Shown: positions 12,991 to 26,089, numbered from the whole stretch's first letter. The stretch: 63,953 bases of DNA, filler included, from Octopus bimaculoides (GCF_001194135.2; 5 parts of 5 records of this genome joined end to end with filler, not necessarily neighbours in it), one strand, 5' to 3'. Made by a program: numbers and translations. Notes: generated by a model from the letters alone, not told the origin.

Positions 12991-14439
12991 GATAGAAGTG
13001 TGGACAGCAGTGCATAACCAGCAATTACAGCAGAACTGAGGAAAACTACTGGTCAAAGCTCTTAGGAGAGCCAAATAAAAATCTTATCCTTGGTGCAAGC
13101 AGATGACAAACTGAAAGAAGATGACAAGGAAGTAAACACCCACTAAAACATGACACATTTGATCTTTTTTTACATATCTTTCAAAAGGCTTTTTTAAAAT
13201 ATAAGTATCAGCTTTGGGTTTATGGACATATGGATACTCATCAGGCACAAAGAGTCACATACAAGTAGAAAAAAATTAAAATATTGTTGCTAAAGTTAGA
13301 ATTTAAAAACTACAATAGCAATAAATGCCGGCTTATACTTTTTATTTTTACAGAGAAGCTTATATCAAAATTCTCAAGAAGTTATTTATTTTCAATTTTA
13401 ATGAAATGACAAACTGTCTGCAAGCTTACACATTAAAAATCAGATATTACAAATTGATATTTCTAAAACTCACATAATAGCAATTAAAGCAAAATTGACT
13501 ATTATATCCGCTAAGTTTTTAACATTAAGCCAGAGACTCATTTCTGCATTTTGCTCTCAATTTGTTCATTAGATTTCATTTAAAAAAAATATTTTTCCTA
13601 ACTGTAAATAGAAAATATTTTGCTATCTGATAATGCAAACTTTAAAGAAATTATTCTTTAGTTTCTTAAATTTTTTTTTTACTATTTTTTACTCTTTGAA
13701 TTATATATATTCTAATTTTATAACACAACATCTGTGATTTAAAATTTTTGGATAATGGATTGCTTAGAAAATGAAATTAAAAAATATGATACTAAAAATA
13801 AAACAGAAATGTTTTAGCTTGGTACAAATAAATGTTTAAATCAAATATATTAATTTAAATTAAAACACTTTGCAATAAAAAGCAAATAAATACATATCAA
13901 ACAAAACAGTGAACACACTATTTGATGAACAATTTCAGAAATTAATTTAGCAAATTCTATCTTCAGCAGCAATATTTTAGTTTTTTACTTTCTTTTCATG
14001 TACATTTCCAGGGTTAATTACTGCTTGTTCTGTACTTTTTCAGGTTCAATGCTTATGAATATTCTTGGATTCTACATCTGCATTTTTCATGCTAGTTCGC
14101 TTTTTCCCAGGCAATGCTTCTGTTATAATTAATTATATTTACCTTTGTACTAGAAAATATAAATTTTATTCATATCTATAAATTTTGTTTGCATCTAAAA
14201 ATGACAAAGGATTAATAGCAGCATATCTGCTACAAATACATATAGTTTTAAACAATTTTTAGTTTAAAATAATGCTATATTCTAATTAAATTAGTTTTAG
14301 TAATGAGTTAATTTTTTTTATATTCTAATACACAAACAGAATAATAAAAATTAATATGAAATTGCAAAACATCATAACCTTTTTTATGCTTGATATTTTT
14401 AGACAGGTTTTTCTCCAGAAAATGTTTCTTAATGAAGTC

Positions 14440-14930
14440 ATACGTTTGCTTTGGAATAATATTATTGTTGCTCTCTTCATTGCCAACATTTTTACAATTT
14501 CATCTTTTAGTAGTCTGTATTTCTCCTATTTTTCCAGCTCTTTGTCATCTATGTGTACCTCCCCAAGTATGGCAATATTTATTACTTTGGTTTCCTTTTT
14601 TCTTTTATCTACCATGACAATGTCTGGTCCACAAGCATCGATTAGGGAATCATACTGGACTGTAAAATCCCACAAGATCTTATATTCATTGTTCTCAATG
14701 ATGCCCTCTGGTTCATACTGTACTTTCCACACAGTCTCCGGTGAAAACACTTAACCACATTATCATGCCTCCTTTTGTAGTGCTTTTGGATCAGCTTGCT
14801 ACACTCACTCACAATATATGAGATTGTTTCATTTTTGCTGCCACGCATTCTACAAAGGGATTGTGTCTGCAAAGGAAAGGACGTTGTCTTGTAGAATTTT
14901 ATCGCTTTGAAGAATGCTATTTTGGTTTTT
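14440..14930 (-). mobile_element. non-LTR retrotransposon, R4/Dong-like; zinc knuckle and restriction-like endonuclease fragment
   Basis: LCRM.GSKNETISYIVSECSKL.QKHYKRRHDNV; EPEGIIENNEYKILWDFTVQYD..GPDIVMVDK..ELEK*EKYRLLKDEI. Confidence 0.85.
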
Positions 14931-15039
14931 TGTTATATCATTTTATTACCAAGTCAACCAGCATTTTCCAATGCTGTTTGGCTTAGTAAAATATTTGCCT
15001 CTTTGGGGCAAACTTTGAAGTTTTCATTTGCGAAGTTAC

Positions 15040-17010
15040 ATATCTTTTTTAAAGAAAAATAATATGGTTTCACAGATCGAGGAAAGAGATGACTCTTTGA
15101 AGAGCTATTATGAAAATAGTTTTCCCACCACTATCTGCTACAGTTTACAGAAGATTTATAATTAACAAAGCAATAGAAACAATAAAAACAAATACAAAAG
15201 AACATGAAAGGAAAACTATCACTTCACTTTCCACTGCAACAAATACTCGCCTCAGTAACAACAATAATAGCAAACAAAACAAAGAGAACAGTGAAACGTT
15301 CACAACCTCCACCTGTACAAACATTGATACAATGAAAATGGTAAACAGTAAGACTTGCAAATAAAATGAAAACAGTTTCACAAATATTTGCAGAAAACTA
15401 GAAGCAGTTTTCTTTTCTTAGATAGAACTAAGAAATGCAAAAATGTATCTAATCAAGAATGGCCGAGAAATATGCTTAAACACACTGCAACAAATTCAAG
15501 AGGACCACAACCAAGAAAACCTATTATATATAACTTTGTATTTCGCTAAAAATAAGGTGACTTGAGCTATTGATACAGGCCCAGATTGAAATGTGCCTTA
15601 AACCAATCTAGTACATAATCTGTGTCACTTAAGGAAGATGCTTGGGCACAGATGAAGTGATGTTTTCAGTTGAAGAAGTAGTGAACAAAAATTTGATTGC
15701 AACACTGATGAGTGACGAACTGCCTCTGATCCCAACGAATAAAGGTAGCTGAGATTCTGTCTGAAGGTGATTTCACCTTGCTCGTGGAAGCCATAGTATA
15801 CAGTATCGAAAACAAAGCAAGTATTCTACTAGGAAAGGAAAGTAGGTTAAGCACAAGGATGGAACTATTAATTCAGAGAGACCAACAAATTATGAAGACC
15901 ATCCCTGTTTTGATCCATTTTGCTGATACCTTCACCACATCCAAAAAGAAAAGCAGCAACAACATCAACAAAAACAGTATCAATAGTTGCAGTATCAAGT
16001 GCAATGTCATCAAAAGCAGCAATAGTGACACTAAAAGAAACAATAGAAGCATACTCAACAACTGAAGCAAGCATCAATGCCACAAACTAGAGAGAAGTAT
16101 CACAAACACCACCAAAACCAAAATCGATTTCACCCACACCAATCAGCCAGACATCCAATACAAATATACTCAACTGCATAGATATACCACTCCCCCTGCC
16201 ACAGATTTTGCTGGCTGTAGAAGCTTGCCTTATGGAGCTATCAGTTTGAATGAACTGGAAGACAATTGGAAAATGAAAAGCATTGCACCAGATTAAAAAG
16301 GAAGGGATAAGAGGAGACACAAAAACTGACAATCACGCATGAACACACTCAAAATAAGCAGTGTGAACGTACGCGATCTCAAGTCTATAACCAGTGACCA
16401 TAGCAGCTGTGTTGTTTTGAAAACAGCTGCATCATGTCATGTAGGAATCTTTCTGGAACCAAAAGGTACTTCAGTGTTTATGGGCATGACCAGTAACATA
16501 GGCCATGCCTTCAGACTAATAACCGTCTATACCCCAATAGGGATGGGGCTGCCAGATTTCTTGAGGTGCCTGATCACTTCCTGGGAATGTTCCACTCTTT
16601 AGTACCTGTGGCTGATCCAAACCCATCATGGATCTACACAGAGATTGTGTGGAGATAGCTGATAGAAGAATTGAGTACAAAAGCCTCACAGAGTTTTCTA
16701 ACTATTTGACAGGTACCAACTGGATTTCTCAGATTCACCTATGTTGAGATGGACAAACTGTATCGAGTCATCCATATTTTATGTAAAGTATTCTTAGACC
16801 CAAGCAACCGTACTTTTGTGAGGTTTCCACGAGCAGTCTTTCCAGGTTTCCCCAGTGCCATTTTGAGAATTAGTTCTCGTTCAAATTTTTGCTGCTGCTA
16901 TTTTAAAGTTTACACACTTTTATGATACTTATATTTGTATTGTTCTGTAACATCTTCGATCTTGTAGTAAATCCTAGGTGGTTAATAAAAAAACGACCCC
17001 CTGTAGTGCA
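15040..17010 (+). mobile_element. Tx1/L1-like LINE relic (ORF1-like low-complexity region, ORF2 AP-endonuclease start, internal deletions)
   Basis: ATG at 16339 gives MNTLKISSVNVRDL, then GIFLEPKG..AFRLITVYTPIG.GLPDFLRCL, resembling a Tx1-type APE domain. AATAAA lies near 16984. The upstream boundary is uncertain. Confidence 0.65.
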
Positions 17011-17162
17011 ACCTATCTCTGTTGTGACATTTTATAGTCAACTAGCCTTAAATAGGCTCTACATGTTAATCTTTAATGATTGGTTGTTTGAACTATCATG
17101 TGAGTTGGGAAACATTCCATAGTAAACCAAAATAGACCTTATTACCTCCCCAGCTAAAGCAC

Positions 17163-17310
17163 AGTGACAAGCTAGCAGAATCGCCAATATCTGGGACAAA
17201 AATGCATAGCAAATTTCTATTGGTTTTACTGTGCCTTTCATCTTTTCGGAGTCGATAAAATAAAATACCAGTCAAATATAGAGTTGATCTAATTGACTCA
17301 CCCCTCCCAC
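17163..17310 (+). mobile_element. SINE family B, decayed and internally deleted
   Basis: gctagcagaatcg...gcctttcatcttttcggagtcgataaaataa. Confidence 0.65.
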
Positions 17311-17479
17311 TAAAAACTGATGGTCTTGTGTTAAAATATGAAGCCATTATTATTTCGATTGCTTGCATATGACAAGGAGCTGCTGTTTGAATTGTGTCTT
17401 CTTGTGTTATCTAGGCAAAGTTAAAATGAAAAACTAGCCCCCTAGCAGCGGATAAAGATAGACTGATGGGAAAATTTCC

Positions 17480-18300
17480 TGTGTTGTGAAGAGGAAAGTG
17501 TTAACATGATAAATTGAAAGCTAAGGAAATAAATGAATGTGGTTGAAAGCAAAGCAGAAAGGAAGGAATTGGGAAGAAATAAGGTAATGTTACGTTTCAT
17601 GCAGCTGTTCGTAGTAATGAACAATTGTAAGAAACATGGATAATTATAAGGAAAAAGATAAATCAGAATCGACTATTGAAATAATTCAGAATAAAATCAG
17701 TGCCAAAACTGAAATGGAACGTCTCTTGCCTTTGTGGGATGGAAGCTTGCAACCACAAATGAATTCATTTAACTAGTTATAATTATTGAAATGAATGCTT
17801 TAATCATCTTTACATTTAAAGAAAACTTGAAAGAAAATAAGATATTAACAGAAAATGAAGAAACATTTGGTTCCAATTCTGGTTTGTTTGAGAGATCCAA
17901 ACCTTCAACAGAAATTCACAATATTTGTAATTTACTTGAAACACATTCGGAATAATTTACTGGTCACAACTTTATTATTTGGATCAACAGCTTGAAACGA
18001 AAATGTAGACAAAGAACAAGTTGAAGAAAATGAACCACAAACGAGAGAAATGACCATGAAAGAATTTGACACCTTTTGATTATTTGAACAGTTCAGCAAT
18101 TAATAATGGTTATCGACTCTAATATTGAACAATGTATACAAATTCATTGAATTTCGGACAAAGAACTCTTCTGCTGCAGCCAGATGCATGCTGATAAAAA
18201 GAAAGAAAAGTATGAAGAAGCACTTCCAATGAATTTAGTCCCAGAATGCTATGCACCAAGGAGACTATTGTAGGAAAAGAGTGAAGTTATTCCACTAAGA
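17480..18300 (+). mobile_element. Tigger/pogo-like transposase relic, internally deleted
   Basis: KRKVL..KLKAKEI..KTEMERLLPLW..ENEETFGSNSGLFERSK (HTH/CENP-B-like region) is joined directly to a C-terminal QQLETENVDKEQVEENEPQTREMTMKEF; no DDE domain is seen. Confidence 0.6.
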
Positions 18301-18599
18301 TGTACACTACAGCACCTAGTATATTTTGCATTCGAACCTGCCTAGACATGTTTAGTATATATATTATTATTCGTTCATAACTACATTTGGTCTTTAACAA
18401 TGAATGCAGCTGGCTTTTACAACAAGCAGGTCATAGTAAAATGCACCATAAAAAAAAAATGGCAGGAACATAACATTTCTATTGTGACAACTTTGACATA
18501 ATTATTGTATCATTTAAATCAGCTTGATGAGCACAGAGCTATGCTTTTTAGCAGAAATGGCACCTTGACAAAGAAGCTAAATTAGGCAGCTGAATAGAG

Positions 18600-19300
18600 A
18601 AACTGAAACAGTACACATTATTGCACTCTTTAGAAAGTAATCCTTCAGCTGCTAACATCCACATCAGGGTGATGATGAGCAGATGAGCAGGCATACATTG
18701 AAGATGCAAAGGCTTTCGAGATTCCTGAATGATGATGCGGATGGTCAGTAAATTGCGAGACATGTATTCTCCATAGTTCGTCTCTGACTGGTGAGTGAGG
18801 TTGGTTCATTTGGCTTGTTGCCAGCTGCTTACTTCATACTACCAGCTAAACAATGCCATTGGTGGAATGGCAGATCTAAGCAAGGAAGTAGAGATTAACA
18901 TAAATGTCAAAGGCCTGAAAAAAGTTCTATGTTCTGATGGGGGTATTCACGTTGAGTATGATGAATAATTTCTATAAGTACTTAGTCTAGCAATGCTATG
19001 TGAGTTTTTGCTTTTTAAGATAAATATGGATGTATTGCAGCTTCCAGCAACTTAATGTCTGATATATGACAAGGTGATGAAACCATCTGTACATTGCTGT
19101 AGGGACTTATTACTAACAGGTGCTATTATATGTGAGACTGATTCAGCTGTCAGCCAAGTCAACCAGGAAGATTGCAGTTTCTTTCCTTATTTTATTACAA
19201 TGGATACCAGATAGTATTTAATTGCCTGGTCACTATGTTGAAGGAAGTTGCATGCTGGACATAGTGAAAGGCTTGAGGACAACCTTTACTGTTTAGTTTA
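18600..19300 (+). mobile_element. very degenerate RTE/CR1-type reverse transcriptase fragment
   Basis: MADLSKEVEININVKGLKKVLCSD..EYDE*FL*VLS..LIYDKVMKPSV resembles RT domains 6-7 and the thumb; many stops. Confidence 0.45.
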
Positions 19301-20289
19301 AGTCCTCAAGCCTTTAGTGCTCAGATTAATTTGTCAAATGCAATGCTTATCTGTTCACATTAATTTTGATTTATTCAGGTTCAAGTGGGGTGTCCACAAT
19401 ATTTGCTTGTAACTTTGTTACTTTTCTACATACAGAATCGAAATTTTGTAAATGGGTGCTTATATGCCAGTGGTTTATAATTACATAATTTTAGCTGATC
19501 TTTCTGACTAAATTTGACTTTTATGGGCAGGTAAATTTAATTAACAGATGTAAAAACAATAACATTATGAATAAACACTAAAATTCATATTCTTAATACA
19601 TCTTACCAACTTGGTTTGCTGCTAAAATTATCCCAGATGTCAACCGCCAACAATTTTACATTTTTCAAGATGAGGTACATTAATTTGAATTAATTAAAAT
19701 ACAGGTGTAATCGGTAGAAGATTTTACTCTTTTTCTATATTTTATTCAAACGTTATCATTGAAAATAAAGTACAAAACTCTTTTATTAGTCAATATACCA
19801 TTGGCTATGCACTCTTATACAATTTAACGAATTCATTTACGTAACACAATGCATCTAATAAAAAAAACTCATTAACAGGTGAGGCAAAGGTGAATACAGG
19901 TGTGTAACATACTGAAAATTAATATGTAGTTCTCACTTTCACATATTATTTATAATAAAATGAAAAAGAATGTATAAAATAATATAGTTATGACATATTT
20001 CTGCTCAAAGCACCCTTTACACAAGGTACTACTTGGGTACTACTAAAGAAGAGTGGTCCCCAACGCGCATCCACGCTAGCTAGTCGCGAGTAATCGATCC
20101 TACAAGTGCGTGTGTGCGAGTGTGCGTATGCAAATGAATACATGTGCAGGTGCCCGCGTATGCAAATTAGTACATGAACGCATGCACGCTCTTTTAACGG
20201 CTGAAATGGCTGAATAAATATCAAAAATACCTTTCTTTGTAAACAAATATAATAATTAAACAATAATTTTTGGATCTTTTTGGTTTGAC

Positions 20290-20475
20290 GGGCAACATTT
20301 TTCATTTATGTTTTATGTAGTGTTTTTGGTACCGAAACACTTTCAAACTTCGTATACTTGTTGTATATTTTGTGTTATAGAACAGATAAAGATTTTTGTA
20401 TTCGAAGTTATTTCATGTTAAAAATTGTCTTATTTCGATAATTTCAACCAATAACTGACGTCTATTCAGTTGAAT
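20290..20475 (+). mobile_element. one arm of a long-TIR non-autonomous element (same family as 63548-63953)
   Basis: tgtagtgtttttggtac..ctttcaaacttcgtatactt..ttgtcttatttcgataatttcaaccaat is shared with 63560-63720. Confidence 0.8.
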
Positions 20476-21059
20476 ACAGTTACTGCTGTGACGGTGTATA
20501 TAGTATTAATCCCTGTTCTGACATTTCCGATTAACTAGACTGTTCGTGTTGATATAGTTTATACGCAAATATTGTTTATATGATAAATTACGCTGTGCGT
20601 GTCTGTGTTTGTAACAATTTTTCGCTAGCACTCAGTAACACATTTTCTAAATGATGATAGTTTTTGAGTATGTGTGTGTTGTGTGGGTGTGATTTTCTAG
20701 CAGTGTGTGCCTGTATTTTTTGTGTGTGTGTGTGTATGTGTATACATGTGTGTGTGTGTATATGCGTGCGGTTTGCTCTGTGGATCGCACGTGGGTTATT
20801 TCGTGTGTGTGTGTGTGTATGCGTAGTTTGATTTGAAGAAGATTTGGCTGCTATGTCTAGGAAATGAAGCACTTGGTGGAGGTGCATTAATAATTCTGCC
20901 AGCTCCAATAACAAGTGCAGGCAATATTCAAGTATTTTGATGGCTTTTCCCCCTTATTAGCTATTATTCAATCAACTGAAACAAGTAGAATAGTGTAATT
21001 CAAGCATAATAGCAGCCAAATCTTCTTCAAATCAAACTCTACCATCATTTAGAAAATGT

Positions 21060-21690
21060 NNNNNNNNNNNNNNNNNNNNNNNNNNNNNNNNNNNNNNNNN
21101 NNNNNNNNNNNNNNNNNNNNNNNNNNNNNNNNNNNNNNNNNNNNNNNNNNNNNNNNNNNNNNNNNNNNNNNNNNNNNNNNNNNNNNNNNNNNNNNNNNNN
21201 NNNNNNNNNNNNNNNNNNNNNNNNNNNNNNNNNNNNNNNNNNNNNNNNNNNNNNNNNNNNNNNNNNNNNNNNNNNNNNNNNNNNNNNNNNNNNNNNNNNN
21301 NNNNNNNNNNNNNNNNNNNNNNNNNNNNNNNNNNNNNNNNNNNNNNNNNNNNNNNNNNNNNNNNNNNNNNNNNNNNNNNNNNNNNNNNNNNNNNNNNNNN
21401 NNNNNNNNNNNNNNNNNNNNNNNNNNNNNNNNNNNNNNNNNNNNNNNNNNNNNNNNNNNNNNNNNNNNNNNNNNNNNNNNNNNNNNNNNNNNNNNNNNNN
21501 NNNNNNNNNNNNNNNNNNNNNNNNNNNNNNNNNNNNNNNNNNNNNNNNNNNNNNNNNNNNNNNNNNNNNNNNNNNNNNNNNNNNNNNNNNNNNNNNNNNN
21601 NNNNNNNNNNNNNNNNNNNNNNNNNNNNNNNNNNNNNNNNNNNNNNNNNNNNNNNNNNNNNNNNNNNNNNNNNNNNNNNNNNNNNNNNNN
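21060..21690. other. assembly gap (N)
   Basis: Run of N. Confidence 1.
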
Positions 21691-21778
21691 ATGTAATCGA
21701 CTTAATCTCTTTGTCTATCCTTGTTTGTCCCCTCTATGTTTAGCCCCTGTGAGCAATAAAGAAATAAATATAATTGTT

Positions 21779-22017
21779 ATTGCAGCGTGGAAGGTGTTTA
21801 TAAGCCATTTAAAATATCACACAAAAACCATTAGATTCACTTCAACATTTAAATTTAATTTGTCAAAATTCTGTGCAGCACAGAATTTTGTCAGTGAACA
21901 GGTCACAGTCTCAAAGCAACGAAAATATTTTGACAAATTAAATTTAAATGTTGAAGTGAATCTAACGGTTTCTGCATGTTATTTTAAATGGCTTATAAAC
22001 ACCTTCCACGCTGCAAT
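21779..22017. mobile_element. MITE with ~90-bp terminal inverted repeats
   Basis: attgcagcgtggaaggtgtttataagccatttaaaata...tcacttcaacatttaaatttaatttgtcaaaat pairs with its reverse complement ending ccacgctgcaat; possible 4-bp flanking repeat tgtt. Confidence 0.9.
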
Positions 22018-22089
22018 TGTTTTCGTTCCAGCACACAATCTCAGATCAGGTCACTTGCTATGCAAGTACATGTCCATAATATAATTATT

Positions 22090-22475
22090 ATTCTAATAAT
22101 TGACATGGCAGCAGTACCTGAAGATCAACACATCATCATGAAAGAAAGAAAAGGTTGATAAATATGGAGACTTGAGAAGTGAGGTTACTAAGATGTGGCA
22201 GTTACGAGAGTCGAATATAAAGTTATCCCTTTTGTCATCAGCGCACTTGATTCGATACTAGCCAATCTGAAAAACATCTGAAAACTTTAGAAGTACCTTA
22301 CAGTCTAGGTGTATTACACAATTGGCATTACTTGGAACTGCATGCATATTGCGTAAAGTAGTCTGTCTGAGGTCCTTGTTGTAACTTGACAAACAGTACA
22401 AACCCCAGGTAGACACAATATCTTCAATCAACAACCTCATGATATTGTATACTGTGGGACGTCTATAATAATAGA
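22090..22475 (+). mobile_element. R4/Dong-like non-LTR retrotransposon, 3' end
   Basis: IIDMA.VPEDQHIIMKE..DKYGDLRSEVTKMWQL..VIPFVISAL..LGTACILRK; ends ataataat. Confidence 0.85.
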
Positions 22476-22978
22476 CAGCAACAAAATGTCATGTCAAAAT
22501 CAATGCAGTTATTACCAATTCAGTCATGAGCAAACAAACTTTAATGTTGTTGACAAATACCACTTTCATTACTGTAGTAGCAACGTGTGATAAGGGCCAC
22601 AATTCTTACTGACACTTGCTCAAACGCCCCCACTGCCATAACTAGAAACAAAATTATCTAGAATCAGATCAAATGACTGAATGTCACCTTTCACCAACAT
22701 AGCAAACACCATAAGCTTGAGCTACAACAGACAGGTTAGGAAATTTATAAGAATTGAAAGTCATACAAGAGTCATACAATTCATGCCAAGCAGCATCTAT
22801 GAAGAAGCAAAATGATGCACCGTAAGAACTGAAGGGCAGAAAAGCTAACCTATGCACTGATATTCGAGTGGTTAGCAGACGATGGAGTCAAAATCTTTGC
22901 TGATATCCATAGAACTTGAATATTTGTTTGGGAGATGTATTTTATTGATGAATTATATATATATATATATATATATAT

Positions 22979-23078
22979 NNNNNNNNNNNNNNNNNNNNNN
23001 NNNNNNNNNNNNNNNNNNNNNNTTAATTAATTAANNNNNNNNNNNNNNNNNNNNNNNNNNNNNNNNNNNNNNNNNNNN
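22979..23078. other. 100-bp placeholder gap: 44 N + TTAATTAATTAA + 44 N
   Basis: Identical layout at 44976-45075, 52290-52389 and 62762-62861. TTAATTAATTAA has a stop codon in all six frames, as scaffolding spacers do. Confidence 0.95.
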
Positions 23079-23087
23079 ATATATATA

Positions 23088-24104
23088 CAGGGGCTAGACA
23101 AAATAATGGAAACACCAAGCATCCTAATTTTGAAATATCTATAAAACCATCAAAAGCTTGTTTATTTTCATGGTTTTTGATTTATTGTTAGTGTTACTTA
23201 ATATGCTTTGCAAAAATTGCTATTTCTTTTCAGATATCATCAGAAAAAGGTAATTAAAATTCATTAAAATGACAGGTCTATTGGACTTTCAAAGAGGTCA
23301 AATTCTTGGTGCTTGTATGGCAGGTGCTAGCATAACAAAAACAGCTGCAATGTTTGGTGCAACAAGAAGAACTGTCTTGAAAGTAATGACAGCCTTTGAG
23401 AAAGAGGGTAAAACCTTGTTGAAACAAAACTCCAGAAGAAAACCAAAACTTTCAGATAGGGATCATCGGACTCTTATGGGAATTGTTAGATAGGATCACA
23501 AAAGTACAGCTCCCAGAATTACTGCAGAGCTTAATGACCAGCTCGAGAACCCAGTTTCCACATTAACTGTTTGCCAAGAGCTGCAAAATGCTGGATTTCA
23601 TGCGAGGGCTGCAATCAGAAAACTACTACTTTCAAAAACAAACATTGCAAAGCATTTAGAGTGGTGTAAAAACCTACAGAATTGGTCCCTAAAGCAGTGG
23701 AAGAATGTTATTTTCTAGGATGAGTCATCCTTTACCCTATTTCCAACCACCAGCCAAGTATACATGTGGAGACAGCCAAAAGAAGTATTTGACCCAGACT
23801 GCCTTCTTCCAACTGTTANNNNNNNNNNCACCACAGTCCCCAGATCTCAATATTATTGAACATTTATGGTGCATTTTAGAAAAACAAGTAAGGAGTCAAT
23901 ATCCTCCACTATCATCACTACAAAACCTGAAGATTGTTTTAGCTGAAGAATGGACAAAAATTCCTTTGGAAACAATTGAAACTTTGTACAAGACTATACC
24001 TCATAGAATTCAAGCTGTAATTACTGCCAAAGGTGGTCTTACCCCATATTAAAATAAATTTGTTTGAAATTTTAAGGTGTTTCCATTATTTTGTCCAACC
24101 CCTG
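23088..24104 (+). mobile_element. Tc1-like DNA transposon with disrupted transposase
   Basis: 29-bp TIRs cagggg(c/t)t(a/g)gacaaaataatggaaacacc at 23088-23116 and 24076-24104, both flanked by TA. ORF from 23269: M..LLDFQRGQILG..WKNVIFLDES..PQSPDLNIIEHLW..KGGLTPY*. Confidence 0.95.
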
Positions 24105-26052
24105 TATATTATTTATTAGCTCTAAAATTACACATGTAACTTAATTATGAATGAAAAATTTGAAATATATTAATTTAGAACAATTACCCCTTGATTTAAT
24201 TATAAAAGTGGATAAATAAGAAAAGGATGCTCATTATGCTTTTTCTATCATTTAACAATTAACAACATAAAAACACATGTGAAATGTAAATGTTCCAAAT
24301 ATAGATTGAAAGTGTTCATGGGTTACAACAACTTAGAACATTATTAATTTTCTCTTTCTGCTGTCTTTTGGTTTTCTACCATGCATGGCCAACCTTTGTG
24401 AAAAGTGGGCTGATTAGGTCATTGCTCATCACCAGGTAGTTCACCCTATTAAAAAAGCATTTGAGGTAATTTTACATTAGGCATGACATTTAGTTTGCTT
24501 ATTACCGGTTTGTACTTTCATTTTCAAGATTCTTTAAATTCATGTTATGCTTCTTATTCATAAAATATTCAAAAGTATTCTTTAACTGAAGAAAGTCAAT
24601 TAAAATTGGTGAAACCTGGAAACAAAAACAACCAGAACTGTTGTGACTTGATGATAGTTTAAATCTGGAAATTGTAATTATTGAATCCAGATCATTGCCA
24701 TTTATTCTATAAATTCTGTACTATATATATCAATAACATCAATGAGTACCAATTTTTTTTTCTACCCAGTTTGAAATTACAAGAAAGGGAACTGATATCA
24801 AAAGTTAATTTTAAAGATCAAACTTCTCCACAAGAATAACAATATGATGTAATATAAATATAATGAATAGTTTCTTTTCTTTGAAATTGAAGTAAAAAAT
24901 AGATGTTGGGAAGTTAAGAATAGAAGCAACTTTAGAATATTCAATGTAGTTAATCAGAAATGTCAAACTGACATATCCACATTCTTGGCAATTCTTCTCA
25001 AACAACATTTATATTATTTGGAACTATAAGCTCCATCATATGTGTAAACTTGTAGGTTTTAAATATGTTTATAGCCTTGTTTTTACATATATATAACAGT
25101 TTTTAAAAAATTTTCTTGAAGCTTGATAATCTTTTCGACTACTTGAACTTGGAGGCTCATTTGAAATACCTTTGAAATAATTTTATAATTTTTTGTCATC
25201 TTCTTTTCGGTGTTTTGTTTTTCTGCAGCACAAAAGTAAGATCAACTTTTTAAAAGGTTAAGTATAGCTGTATTAAAGCTTGAGATATCTTTAAAATATA
25301 TGTATATTTTAAGAAAATTCTTAAATATATTGAATTTGTCCTAAATTCATCAATCAAAAGCACATTTCTAACTATATTAGATTTAAAATTTCACCTCTGT
25401 GCAATAAAAATATTTCCATATTACATCATACGTAAGTTTTATTTTCTATTTTAATTTCACTTTTCCACGAAGTATATTTGGGTTACATTTAAATCTACAG
25501 AAGACAAATATAAAATATAAAATCTCATTTTAGATTTTTTTTCCATTTCTTCTTTTTTAAAATGGTATTTTATTTTTTTTTTATCTGGATTCTAAATACA
25601 AAAATAAAAAAAAAAACACTATAAGAAAAATGGAAAATGACTTTAAAAGAAATTACATGTTAGAGCAAATTTAGTTGATGTATTGTTTTTGAAGACATCA
25701 CTGAAGTTGGAATTTTGTTCATCTAAAACCATAAAGGTTACATATGGAAGTAAAAAATACAAAAAGAAAAAATATTTATTAGAGAAAAACCCAAACAACT
25801 TCTCAGGAATTCTTTGTAATACTACATTACTTTATCAACATATCTGATAGATTTGATATGTTTTAACAGATAAAGGAAAGGATTTAATGGATTAGGTCAT
25901 ACACTATTTCCATTGGTATATTTTTTATCTTTGAAACATTTCTAAATTTTAAAAAAAATTTAATATTTTAATGTGTTTAAGCTCAACATTTTTTTGNNNN
26001 NNNNNNTTTTAATGTGTTTAAGCTCAACATTTTTTTGAATATTTGAAAACAT

Positions 26053-26089
<37 letters not shown>

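Noticed and set aside
13215-13260. Other CTGATGA hits as hammerheads (13245 minus, 15705 plus, 42478 plus, 60720 minus, 23235 minus)
   Set aside because: They lack a stem II plus GAAA in register and lack a closing stem I.
23023-23034. Recurrent TTAATTAATTAA inside N runs (also 45020, 52334, 62806)
   Set aside because: It is always centred in an exact 44+12+44 = 100-bp block and has stops in all six frames, so it is a scaffolding spacer and not biology.
25966-26037. 31-bp perfect direct repeat around 10 N
   Set aside because: This is the typical signature of overlapping contig ends joined with a minimum-size gap.
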